Source: a bacterium (GTDB lineage Bacteria; Zhuqueibacterota; Zhuqueibacteria; Residuimicrobiales; Krinioviventaceae). From it: a DNA stretch of 64,000 bases. The stretch covers positions 128,001 through 192,000 of the forward strand of contig CAXXFV010000016.1 in NCBI GenBank assembly GCA_963674595.2, read 5' to 3'. Within the stretch, counting starts at the first letter, position 1. Each line of letters starts with the position of its first letter. The notes beneath the pieces were generated by a model. It was not told the DNA's origin. It saw only the letters and a program-made list of their open reading frames with translations, and did no database searches. The position numbers were made by a program, and so were the translations under genes. This document shows positions 9,562 through 18,803 of the stretch, piece after piece.

Positions 9562-10638
9562 ATGATAAATATACAGGCAAGTGTTTCCAAAGGCTGGCTG
9601 CATCACCAGGCTGGTTTTATCTTTGATAAACAATATTATATGGATCCGATGTACCGTCGGGAAACAGACCAGCGTATTCATCAATTTGTTGAAAATCAGT
9701 TTCCGGATTATCCTGTTTATAATATGGAATCGAACCTGGTGCAGGCCGATTATGTTAGTCCAAACCATATCCTTGTGGGTGGTTTACAGCCGAATATGAT
9801 CCTTGGGACGCTGCTTGGCGCTGAATTTTTATTTTTTCCGGATAAAGATTCAGACATTGACCGCGCCCCTCTGGCTGGTATCGATCCTGATGATTTGCCT
9901 AAAGTAGATTCACTTCTCAATCATCCCTTTTTAAAAGAACTGGAACAGCAAATCTCTACAATAAAAGAGGAGCACCCGGAGCTAAGGATTATTCCGCCTT
10001 TTTTTTGGGACAATTCCGGTCGGGCCACGATTCATGGTATTTTTACAACCTCCTATAAACTGATCGGTGAAAATGTTATGATGATGATGGTTATGGAACC
10101 TGACAAGCTGCATAAATATCATCAATGGATTACCGATGCTTATATTTTGCTCTTGAAGCATTTTTCTCAAATTGGCGATTTTCCAATTACATCCGTACAT
10201 ATTGGTGAATGTTCCGGGACCATGATTTCCCCGCACATGTACAGCGAGTTTTCGGTTCCTTATTCCAGTCAAATCGGACGAAAATTGGGTGCTGTCCGTA
10301 TGCATACCTGTGGAAAGTCCGATCATTTATTAGAGGTTACAAAAAATATTGACAATTTGAAGGTTATCGATACGGGTTCCAATACGTCGGTTGCTAAAAT
10401 GCGACAGGTATTTGGACCTGATTTTGAATTAAATCTTGCTCCGCCTGTGGAAATTTTGTTAAAAGAGATACCAAAACAACGCGTTATAGAGTGGCTGGAT
10501 CAGGTGTTGTCTGAAAATAACGGCGGTCCGCTTCACATCGCCTATCATCTGGAAGCGGAATACAATTTTGAAAATTGTCTGGCCTTGTGTGATGAATTGG
10601 TTAAACGAGGTTTGACACGTCCGGGACGAGTTTTTTAA
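9562..10638 (+). CDS. Uroporphyrinogen decarboxylase/MtaA-like TIM-barrel protein of unknown substrate
   Basis: 'HIGECSGTMISPHMYSEFSVPY' and 'MHTCG' resemble URO-D/MetE-like superfamily motifs; weak similarity to true HemE. Confidence 0.6.
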   Translation: MINIQASVSKGWLHHQAGFIFDKQYYMDPMYRRETDQRIHQFVENQFPDYPVYNMESNLVQADYVSPNHILVGGLQPNMILGTLLGAEFLFFPDKDSDIDRAPLAGIDPDDLPKVDSLLNHPFLKELEQQISTIKEEHPELRIIPPFFWDNSGRATIHGIFTTSYKLIGENVMMMMVMEPDKLHKYHQWITDAYILLLKHFSQIGDFPITSVHIGECSGTMISPHMYSEFSVPYSSQIGRKLGAVRMHTCGKSDHLLEVTKNIDNLKVIDTGSNTSVAKMRQVFGPDFELNLAPPVEILLKEIPKQRVIEWLDQVLSENNGGPLHIAYHLEAEYNFENCLALCDELVKRGLTRPGRVF

Positions 10639-10662
10639 TAGGACTAAAATTTCGGAGTATAA

Positions 10663-12171
10663 ATGACAGCAGAATTAGCGACCCGTTTCACAACTCTGGA
10701 TTGGTTTATTATATTTTTTTATATCTGTTGTATCACCGGAATCGGTGTTTTTGTGAACCGTTATGTTCACAACACTGCCGGATATATGGTGGGCGGTCGC
10801 TCCGCCGGACTGGCCTTAAACACAGCCAGTTATATTGGAACAGAACTCGGACTGGTGACGATTATGTATGCCGCCATCGAAGGTTTTAATCGGGGCTTCT
10901 CTTATTTAATTATCCCGCTTTTATCGCTGATTGCTGCTTTTTTTCTGGGTCGTACCGGATTTGTCATCACCCGGTTACGGGAAATGAAACTCACCACAAT
11001 ACCCGAGTTTTTTGAAAAACGGTTTAACCGCAAAATACGAGTCACCTCAGCTTTACTGATTGCGTTTTCCGGCATTTTGAATATGGGACTTTTTCCCAAG
11101 ATGGGCGCTACTTTTATTACCTATGCAACGGGATTGGCCGCAACCGGCGATCCGACGCTGGTTGTTAATATCGTCATGTCTGTTTTAATAATACTTGTTG
11201 TTTTGTATACGGTTATGGGCGGCATGGTGGCTGTGATTGTGTGCGACTATATTCAGTTTACTGTGCTGAGCATCGGTTTGTTAATAGGCCTTTATTATTC
11301 CCTGACACTGCCGTCTTTGGGATGGCATAACATAACAACGACCATGGCGCACGTTGGCGGGGAACCTCTTTTTAATCCGTTTCACTCTAAAAGTTATGGT
11401 GTCTTGTACGCTGTGTGGATGTTTGTCATTTATATGACCTATGGTTTTACCTGGGGGCCTGTTGCTTCCCGGGCGCTGACCGCCAAAGACCCGAAAACAG
11501 CAAGACGAACGTTTTTATTAGGTTCACCCGGCCAATTTATACGTCTGGCTATTCCGGCCATGTTTGCGTTTGCGGCTTTTACCTATTTTTATTCACATCC
11601 TGTTTTGGCTGAACATTTTTTCCCCGGCGGTCAACCGGATGCACTCAAAGCGCCGCAGGCCATGCCCTTGTTTTTGGGACAGATCATTCCGGCCGGACTT
11701 ATCGGGGTGCTTGTGGCCGGACTGCTGGCGGCCTTTATGTCCACGCATGATTCCTATTTTTTAACCTGGGCCTCGGTTATCAGCCGCGATATTATTTCTC
11801 CTTTTAAAAAAGGCAAAATTACCGACAAGCAGGAAATATTCTATGCCAGAGTAACCATTGTGTTTATCGGTCTGTTTCTATTGATTTGGGGATTGTGGTA
11901 TAAACTGCCGGAGAGTGTTTGGACCTATATGGCAATTACCGGCAATATTTATGTTACCGGTGCAACCGCCGCTATAATCGGAGGCGTCTATTGGAAAAGA
12001 GCATCCAGCGCCGGCGCCCTTGCCGCCATGTTGGGAGGTTTGTTTTCTGTTCTTGGTATCGTTCCGGTAATATCTGAAAATATATCCATGGGAGTGTTGG
12101 GACTTGGAAATTATATAATTTGCGGTGTGCTGCTGATTGTGTTTTCATTGATTTTCCCGGATAAAAAATAA
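10663..12171 (+). CDS. Sodium:solute symporter (SSS) family transporter
   Basis: About 13 TM helices; 'YMVGGRS', 'TIPEFFEKRF', 'YTVMGGMVAV', 'GLLAAFMSTHDS'. Confidence 0.9.
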   Translation: MTAELATRFTTLDWFIIFFYICCITGIGVFVNRYVHNTAGYMVGGRSAGLALNTASYIGTELGLVTIMYAAIEGFNRGFSYLIIPLLSLIAAFFLGRTGFVITRLREMKLTTIPEFFEKRFNRKIRVTSALLIAFSGILNMGLFPKMGATFITYATGLAATGDPTLVVNIVMSVLIILVVLYTVMGGMVAVIVCDYIQFTVLSIGLLIGLYYSLTLPSLGWHNITTTMAHVGGEPLFNPFHSKSYGVLYAVWMFVIYMTYGFTWGPVASRALTAKDPKTARRTFLLGSPGQFIRLAIPAMFAFAAFTYFYSHPVLAEHFFPGGQPDALKAPQAMPLFLGQIIPAGLIGVLVAGLLAAFMSTHDSYFLTWASVISRDIISPFKKGKITDKQEIFYARVTIVFIGLFLLIWGLWYKLPESVWTYMAITGNIYVTGATAAIIGGVYWKRASSAGALAAMLGGLFSVLGIVPVISENISMGVLGLGNYIICGVLLIVFSLIFPDKK

Positions 12172-12182
12172 GGAGCGCTGTC

Positions 12183-12326
12183 ATGGAATTGTGGATATTG
12201 TTTTGGAAAATAATATGTTTTGTGGGCTTTACCGCATTTATCCTGACCGTATTGTTTATTGTGCCTTTTGGCGCCAGGGACATTATAGGGCTTTTTAAAA
12301 GCCTTGGAAGGAAAAGAACACATTAG
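12183..12326 (+). CDS. 47-aa single-TM protein downstream of the symporter (below the ORF-track cutoff)
   Basis: AAGGAG SD overlapping the SSS stop; MELWILFWKIICFVGFTAFILTVLFIVPFGARDIIGLFKSLGRKRTH. Confidence 0.7.
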   Translation: MELWILFWKIICFVGFTAFILTVLFIVPFGARDIIGLFKSLGRKRTH

Positions 12327-12353
12327 ATGCTGTATGCTTTAACAGATAACACC

Positions 12354-12382
12354 TTGACTTTGTTCTGTTAAAGTTTTAAATT
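12354..12382 (+). promoter_or_regulatory. Candidate sigma70 promoter for the metal-uptake operon
   Basis: TTGACT-17 nt-TAAATT, about 30 nt upstream of ATG 12413. Confidence 0.5.
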
Positions 12383-12412
12383 TAATTTTCTGTCTAATTG
12401 AATTATTAAAGT

Positions 12413-12787
12413 ATGAATATGAAGTCGTTGTTACGATCAAAATTTTTATCATTTTTTGTTATACTTTTTTGTATTTTGTTAAACTATACAGTTTTTTCGA
12501 ATTTGCATTATCATCTGTATAGTGATGGAAAAATAGTTGTACATGGTCATCCTGTGAATCATAAGGGTTCAGATTTACCTGCTGAATCCCATAATCATTC
12601 AAAATTAGAGATGCTCATTTACTCTTCAATAATAATCAATCTTGGGATTTCTTTACAATTATTTTTTATTACGCTTTATCTTTTCAAGTTGTTTTTAGGG
12701 TTTTTGGGGCATATTCAAACATTTTTTAAAGACTTACAATTTTCGTTTTATTTCTTTCTTAGAGCACCTCCATATATCCTGTCTTAA
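12413..12787 (+). CDS. His-rich membrane-targeted leader protein with a C-terminal RAPP motif
   Basis: N-terminal hydrophobic segment, 'HYH..SDG..VVHGHP..H...HNH', second hydrophobic segment, 'LRAPP' four residues before the stop. Confidence 0.7.
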   Translation: MNMKSLLRSKFLSFFVILFCILLNYTVFSNLHYHLYSDGKIVVHGHPVNHKGSDLPAESHNHSKLEMLIYSSIIINLGISLQLFFITLYLFKLFLGFLGHIQTFFKDLQFSFYFFLRAPPYILS

Positions 12788-12963
12788 AAATTTATATAAT
12801 TTATTAAAAAATTAGGCTTGTATTAACCTGTCTCTTTTATTGTGCTATTTATTTAGACAGGTTCATAACGTCTTTATGTGGATTATAATAATCTGCTCAT
12901 AAGCGTTTTTGCCCTGGTTTGATTTATTTAACTATTTATCAAGTATAATCGGAGATTTGGATT

Positions 12964-14289
12964 ATGAGGTTTAAACCTTTTAAGGTGTTTTTATATTGGA
13001 TTATTTTTATTGCTTTGATTATTGCGAACAGTCTTTTTGCTGATGATCAGAAAAATGAAAATAAAATTTCAGAAATGGACCAGAACCAGAATTATAAAAT
13101 TCAAAAGTTGGATTCGTTAATAATTGTACTGGAAGAAAAGATTAATAAAAAAGAAAAAGAAGACGCTTTAAAAAAATTAATGGAAGAAGCTAAAGCACTT
13201 TCTTCTCAACAGCGAAAGAAAAGTTCTGGGATTGGGAAAAAATTTCACTCCGGTGCCAGACAGCAATCCGGTTTGAATCCAAACATCAGTCTTGGTGGAG
13301 ATTTTTTTGGTGCTGTCAGTAGTGAAAAAAATGAATTTATAAATGAACCCAGTGATTTTAATTATGGTACAAACAGATTTGAGTTACGTGAAGTTGAGAT
13401 CAGTTTAAATGCACCGTTAGATCCGTTTACCAGGGGAAAAACCCATATTTCTTTTACAGAAAATTCTCTCAGTGTTGAAGAAGCATATTTACAGTGGCTT
13501 AATTTGCCATTAAATATGAATTTAAAAATGGGTTTGTTTAATGCTGAATTTGGGTTGTTAAACAGATACCATGATCACGCTTTGCCTCAATTTGACAGAC
13601 CAAGAGTTTTGGTCAATACTTTTACCAGCGGTTCCTTGGGTGGTTTTGGGCTTTCGGGTAATTTTTTACTACCGAGAATTCTTTTTTCTGATGCGTCCAA
13701 TTTTGATGCCAGTATTATTCGTGGGGGTAACAATGTGAGCTTTACCAGCGAAGGTGATTATAATCTGATTTATACTGGCCAGTTAATAAATTATTATGAT
13801 ATTACTGAAGATACTTACTTTGAGTGGGTGCTTGGCGGTGCCACCGGGTATAATGATGCTATGGAAGAACACAGAAGCTATCTTGGAAATTTGGGTTTTG
13901 TTGTTAAATGGATTCCAATCGGCAGGGAAAAATACAAAACTATAGATTGGAAAACAGAGTTTCTTGTAAACAAACGAAAGGGACCTGTGGAAACAGTCAC
14001 AACCCGAGGTTTTTATTCTTCGCTTCAAAATAAACTTAATGCAAAATATTGGCTTTCTGCAAGGATTGGTTATTCCGAGTTGCCCTTTGATAAATGCCAA
14101 AATGAACGGGATTATACTCTGTGCCTTGATTATTGGCAGAGTGAGTTTGTATTTTATCGTATTCAATACCAGTATTTACAGCGAAATATCACTCAATATT
14201 TCGATTATACCGGAGATATGCCGGATTATCATACAGTTTTATTTCAAGTATGTTGGGCAATGGGCCCACATAAACATGAAGCCTATTAA
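12964..14289 (+). CDS. Outer-membrane porin/receptor-like protein of metal-uptake operons
   Basis: Signal peptide, coiled coil, 'LNPNISL', 'LREVE...LDPF', 'VEEAY', 'NRYHDHALP', C-terminal 'GPHKHEAY'. Confidence 0.7.
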   Translation: MRFKPFKVFLYWIIFIALIIANSLFADDQKNENKISEMDQNQNYKIQKLDSLIIVLEEKINKKEKEDALKKLMEEAKALSSQQRKKSSGIGKKFHSGARQQSGLNPNISLGGDFFGAVSSEKNEFINEPSDFNYGTNRFELREVEISLNAPLDPFTRGKTHISFTENSLSVEEAYLQWLNLPLNMNLKMGLFNAEFGLLNRYHDHALPQFDRPRVLVNTFTSGSLGGFGLSGNFLLPRILFSDASNFDASIIRGGNNVSFTSEGDYNLIYTGQLINYYDITEDTYFEWVLGGATGYNDAMEEHRSYLGNLGFVVKWIPIGREKYKTIDWKTEFLVNKRKGPVETVTTRGFYSSLQNKLNAKYWLSARIGYSELPFDKCQNERDYTLCLDYWQSEFVFYRIQYQYLQRNITQYFDYTGDMPDYHTVLFQVCWAMGPHKHEAY

Positions 14290-14325
14290 AAGTAATTTTT
14301 AATATATTAAAAATTGGAGAATTTT

Positions 14326-15402
14326 ATGAAACGCCTATTTTCTACGAGTTTTCTGCTGTTTTTTCTCGCATTGTTTTTCGTAAGCAGCCCTTTATTATAT
14401 TCATCGCAGAATCGACATCGAAATCGTGCAGGACAAAAAAGTAAACCTTTAAATATTGTCTGTTCTTTTTCAGACTATGCATCAATAGCAAAATTTATTG
14501 TTCAGGATTATGGTACTGTTGATTATATCGCATCCGGGGAACAGGACCCCCATTTTGTCCCTCCAAAGCCGAGTTTTGCCATGAAATTAAAAGATGCTGA
14601 TTTGTGGATTACAACCGGTATGGATTTGGAAGGTTGGGCGCCTGTTTTGCTGGACAAGGCCAGAAATAAAAAGATTATGGACGGTGAAATTGGTTTTGTG
14701 GCAGTCTCTGATGGTGTTCAGATTTTGGAAAAGGTAGAAAAAGCTGATCGTACTGAAGGTGATATTCACCTGATGGGGAATCCTCACTTTAACACCGGGC
14801 CGACAAAGTGGAGAAAAATAGCTGAAAATATAACAATCGGATTGCAAAAGGTCGATCCGGATAATGCTGATTTTTATATTTCCAGAAGAGACGCATTTAT
14901 CGATAAGGTTGACAGGGCGCTTTTTGGAGATCAATTAGTTGAAATGTTTGGCGGCGAGTTGTTAGTTAATCTTTTGAATAACAAAACACTTTTCGAATTT
15001 TTGGACAAGGATTATGAAGGCGGCAAGCTGGTTGATATACTGGGAGGCTGGTTAAAAGAGGCCCTGCCGTTTCGCGGAAAGAAAATAATGGCTTACCATA
15101 AAAACTGGGCCTATTTTTCCGATATTTTTGGTTTGGAAATTGTGGGCTATATTGAACCCAAACCGGGTATCCCGCCGTCTGCAAAACATGTGCAGAAAAT
15201 GATTAGACTGATTAAAGACCAAAACATCGGAATTATGCTTGTAGCAAGCTATTTTGAAAAAAAATCCCCACAAATGATTGAAAGCAAAACAGGGATTAAA
15301 GCTTTGTTTTTACCGCTTTTTGTGAATGGAATCCCGGAAGTTACGAATAATTTTGAACTCGTCGATTACTGGATTAATCAGATTAATGCCCATATTAAAT
15401 AG
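14326..15402 (+). CDS. ZnuA/TroA-like metal-binding periplasmic protein
   Basis: 'QDPHFVPPKPS', 'GDIHLMGNPHF', 'YHKNWAYF', 'IEPKPGIPPS'; ATG 14326 after GGAG. Confidence 0.88.
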   Translation: MKRLFSTSFLLFFLALFFVSSPLLYSSQNRHRNRAGQKSKPLNIVCSFSDYASIAKFIVQDYGTVDYIASGEQDPHFVPPKPSFAMKLKDADLWITTGMDLEGWAPVLLDKARNKKIMDGEIGFVAVSDGVQILEKVEKADRTEGDIHLMGNPHFNTGPTKWRKIAENITIGLQKVDPDNADFYISRRDAFIDKVDRALFGDQLVEMFGGELLVNLLNNKTLFEFLDKDYEGGKLVDILGGWLKEALPFRGKKIMAYHKNWAYFSDIFGLEIVGYIEPKPGIPPSAKHVQKMIRLIKDQNIGIMLVASYFEKKSPQMIESKTGIKALFLPLFVNGIPEVTNNFELVDYWINQINAHIK

Positions 15403-15413
15403 AAAGATGTAAT

Positions 15414-16244
15414 ATGATAGAAAATTTAATATTTTTATCTGCCCCTATTACGGCAAGTGTTTTACTTGCCGGTATGCTGAGTTATTTTGGCAATCATATT
15501 CTCACCAGAGGTATTATATTTATCGATATTGCACTGGCACAAATTGCCGCGCTCGGTACAATGATCGGACTGTTATTCGGTCTGGTTGAAGGTTCGGGCG
15601 CCATAGAATTTGTGTCATTGGGATTTACGGTCGTTGTCATTGCTGTATTTGCTTTGACCAAATTTGAAAAACAAGTGATACCCCAGGAAGCCATTATAGG
15701 AATTATATATGGATTGGGTTTAGGGCTTGCGATGTTGTTAGCTGAAAAAATTCCCGGTGGGTCAAATTATATAACAAAAACGATTACCGGAAACATCCTT
15801 TGGGTAACCTGGGACGTCATATTGTCCTGTTTGGTTTTGTTTGTTTCTATTTTTATCATTCATTTTATTTTTAGAAAACCATTTATGCAAATTTCAGAGT
15901 CCAGAGACAAGTTGCCGTTTTCAATTAATAAGGTCCGAATGTATGAACTTTTGTTTTATATTACATTCAGTATCATCGTTGTTCGGGCTGTTCAGATTGG
16001 TGGTATATTTTTGGTTTTTGTTCTTTTAATTGCCCCTACTGCAATCAGTACTCTGTTTACAAATAATTGGCTGTATCGGTTCATTTGGAGCTGGATCATC
16101 GGTATTGTTGGTTCTGTTGCCGGCGTCTATATCTCCTATGAGATGAATATTTCCAATGGTCCCGCTATTGTTTGTTTGCTGGGCATAATGGTGTTCCTGT
16201 GTGTCGGGGCAAGATTGCTTTTTAAACTAAAAGTAAAAAATTGA
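15414..16244 (+). CDS. ABC-3 (ZnuB/MntB-like) metal permease
   Basis: 'RGIIFIDIALAQIAALG', 'EAIIGIIY', multiple TM helices. Confidence 0.85.
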   Translation: MIENLIFLSAPITASVLLAGMLSYFGNHILTRGIIFIDIALAQIAALGTMIGLLFGLVEGSGAIEFVSLGFTVVVIAVFALTKFEKQVIPQEAIIGIIYGLGLGLAMLLAEKIPGGSNYITKTITGNILWVTWDVILSCLVLFVSIFIIHFIFRKPFMQISESRDKLPFSINKVRMYELLFYITFSIIVVRAVQIGGIFLVFVLLIAPTAISTLFTNNWLYRFIWSWIIGIVGSVAGVYISYEMNISNGPAIVCLLGIMVFLCVGARLLFKLKVKN

Positions 16245-16256
16245 TATGGAGATATT

Positions 16257-17117
16257 ATGATTGCAGCCTTACAATTTATGATTGCACCTTTTATTGCGTG
16301 TTTGTTATTAATTGGTATAAATATTTATTTTGGAATTCATGTCATCAAGCGTGAAATTATTTTTATTGATATTGCCCTGGCACAGATCGCTGCCCTGGGT
16401 GGGACAATTGCTGCTGTTTTACAAATGAGCCATTCAGAAGGTGTACATCACCACGATGAACAGAGCCTGTTTGTATATTTGTTTTCAATAGGTTTTACAA
16501 CTATTGCCGCTGCTCTGTTTGCTTTTATCAAAAATAAAAAGTTAAATATTCCTTTGGAATCTTTGATCGGCATTGCCTATGCTGTTGCTGCAACCGGGGC
16601 GGTCGTTATTCTGGACAAAGCTGCCGGTGGAGATGTTCATGTTCATGAAATGTTTGCCGGATCTATATTATGGGTTAGCTGGCAACAAAATTTATATTTA
16701 TTCCTGGCTTTTGCTGTTATTGGTTTGTTTCATTTTGTTTTTCGAAAAAAGTTTTTTCAACTATCTGATAATTACTATGGAAAAAAGTCAAGTATGTTGT
16801 GGGATTTTTTGTTTTATGCAACCTTTGGCATAACGGTTGTTCATTCCATTGAGGTTGGAGGTATTTTAACGATATTTGGATTTTTAATCATTCCGGCAAG
16901 TATTTCGGCCTTGTTTTCAACCAGTTGGACCAGTCGTATTATTACCGGTTGGGTTATCGGAACGCTGGTAAGTGCTGCGGGATTATATTTATCATGGACG
17001 GTTGATATTCCCAGTGCCCCTACGGTGATCTTGTTTCTGGGTGTGGCATTGGTATTGGCCCTGCTTTTTAAAACAATACAAAAACATTTGTTCAAAAAAT
17101 CAGAAAAAGCGGCCTGA
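16257..17117 (+). CDS. Second ABC-3 (ZnuB/MntB-like) metal permease with His-rich loops
   Basis: 'REIIFIDIALAQIAALG', 'HSEGVHHHDE', 'GDVHVHE'. Confidence 0.85.
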   Translation: MIAALQFMIAPFIACLLLIGINIYFGIHVIKREIIFIDIALAQIAALGGTIAAVLQMSHSEGVHHHDEQSLFVYLFSIGFTTIAAALFAFIKNKKLNIPLESLIGIAYAVAATGAVVILDKAAGGDVHVHEMFAGSILWVSWQQNLYLFLAFAVIGLFHFVFRKKFFQLSDNYYGKKSSMLWDFLFYATFGITVVHSIEVGGILTIFGFLIIPASISALFSTSWTSRIITGWVIGTLVSAAGLYLSWTVDIPSAPTVILFLGVALVLALLFKTIQKHLFKKSEKAA

Positions 17118-17220
17118 TATTATAACAATTATTGGCAGGGTGCCGTTTGCTGACATTTTTATTGAGTGTAGTAAATTGTGCCCTGCGAATTTTTGTCATG
17201 TATTGTTTTTCAGGGAAAAT

Positions 17221-17901
17221 TTAGAAATAAATGTGAAACAGCATTTGAATGGAATCCATTTCATCACGAATAACAAGAGAACTGGAACAGTCTGTCTCTC
17301 CTTGTGCTTTTTCATAGCGACAACCGAATCCAAACTTGTGGAATAAAACCATAAAACCAACTTGAGCGCTGAAAAAAATGTCTGCGCTGGTTTCATCTGC
17401 ATGAGTATAGTCAAAGTCAAACGTCCTTCTTTCCTCATGAGAAAGTTGAATTTCCCTTTTTCTTTTATGGCTGTTATCATTGATAAAGGGAATATTGAGC
17501 ATATAAGATGAATAGACATTTATTGAAAATGTCTTACTTTTAAATAAATGATATCCCACTTTTATCGGCAGATTTAAATGTTGAATGTTTATTTTCATAT
17601 TTCCATATACTATATCAGAATCTTGAATGAAAAAGTTTGAAGGCCATGTTATATTCTCCAGGAAAATTTCCCGGCGTGCATAATTCAGCCCAAAGCCAAA
17701 GTAGCCGTTAAATGAACGAATAGGATAAAAGTCTTTATGTATACCGAAACACAGTCCTGGTTCACTTTTGCTGTCTTCATTTCTTAAAGTTGAGCAATTT
17801 ACGCCGATTTCAATATTTGTCTTTGCGGCGTTGGCTTTGCTTGTCAGGCTTGTGCATAGAATAAATATGATAGAAAAAATAGTTAATTTTACTGGTTTCA
17901 T
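17221..17901 (-). CDS. Outer-membrane beta-barrel (PorT/OMP_b-brl_2-like) protein
   Basis: Signal peptide, 'IGVNCSTL', 'HLNLPIKVGY', terminal 'LFHIYF'. Confidence 0.6.
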   Translation of the reverse strand: MKPVKLTIFSIIFILCTSLTSKANAAKTNIEIGVNCSTLRNEDSKSEPGLCFGIHKDFYPIRSFNGYFGFGLNYARREIFLENITWPSNFFIQDSDIVYGNMKINIQHLNLPIKVGYHLFKSKTFSINVYSSYMLNIPFINDNSHKRKREIQLSHEERRTFDFDYTHADETSADIFFSAQVGFMVLFHKFGFGCRYEKAQGETDCSSSLVIRDEMDSIQMLFHIYF

Positions 17902-17924
17902 TGTTGCCCTAATATATATGTTGA

Positions 17925-18506
17925 TTATTTATTTATTGAAAATTGAACACCTATTTGAAAACAGCCCTGTGAGTTTTGCTGTTTGCGGGATTCCAGGATT
18001 TTTTCTCTGGCCTCTTTTTTTGCCAACGATTTTATAATGTAGTAATTTATAAACGGACCTGTTATAAACCCTGCGCCCATACCTACCAATGCATAGCCTA
18101 TTTCATCGTTATTGTTTGCGACTAAAGCTCCGATACTGCCGCAAATATATGCTCCTAATAAAGCGCCAAAAACAATACTGCTTATTTTTTCTTTTGCCCC
18201 AAATTTCATGGCTTTTTTTATTTCCTCGTCTGTAATGATGATATTTTCTGATTGCTTGGTTTCGTCATCGGTCGCTGCGAGTGTTAACAATTGATGGCGG
18301 AACATAAAGTTTTTAGCTGCCAAAGTATCCTGATGTAAAGTTTTGCGTTGCACCAGGATATTTTGCTGCGAAATGGCCGTGCTTTTTTGGCAGGAATTTA
18401 TATTCTTTTTTGTCGAATGGTCCGGCGGTACCCGGATTCCAATTGCTGCATACAGATCTACAGTGAGCATCGTGAATATAATGAGGAATGTCGCTTTTGT
18501 TTTCAT
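17925..18506 (-). CDS. Hypothetical exported protein with glycine-zipper-like helices
   Basis: Signal peptide; 'FGALLGAYICGSIGALV', 'GYALVGMGAGFITG'. Confidence 0.55.
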   Translation of the reverse strand: MKTKATFLIIFTMLTVDLYAAIGIRVPPDHSTKKNINSCQKSTAISQQNILVQRKTLHQDTLAAKNFMFRHQLLTLAATDDETKQSENIIITDEEIKKAMKFGAKEKISSIVFGALLGAYICGSIGALVANNNDEIGYALVGMGAGFITGPFINYYIIKSLAKKEAREKILESRKQQNSQGCFQIGVQFSINK

Positions 18507-18774
18507 GATTAACTTTTTTAAAATTGATATTAGATTTGGTAAATTAATAGAAAGTTGAAAGCCGTTTAAATTTATTGGTATCTACATACTAAAAATAAAT
18601 AGAAATACCCACGTTAATTCCTGAAAAATCGAAAATATATGATTTCGTTACATTTTTAGTAATCCGAATGGAACTATTTTGTTCTAAATAATAAGCTTTG
18701 TTCTGTACAATTATAGTATAAACTTGTTCATAAAAAGCTCCCCGTAAAACCCTGGATTGATATGTGTTTGAATA

Positions 18775-18803
18775 ATGATAATTACTATTTCGGATAAAGT
18801 CAA
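18775..18803 (-). promoter_or_regulatory. Candidate sigma70 promoter
   Basis: Minus-strand TTGACT-17 nt-TATCAT. Confidence 0.5.

Noticed and set aside
17125-17196. Integron attC site
   Set aside because: No convincing RYYYAAC/GTTRRRY ends, no integrase and no cassette array.
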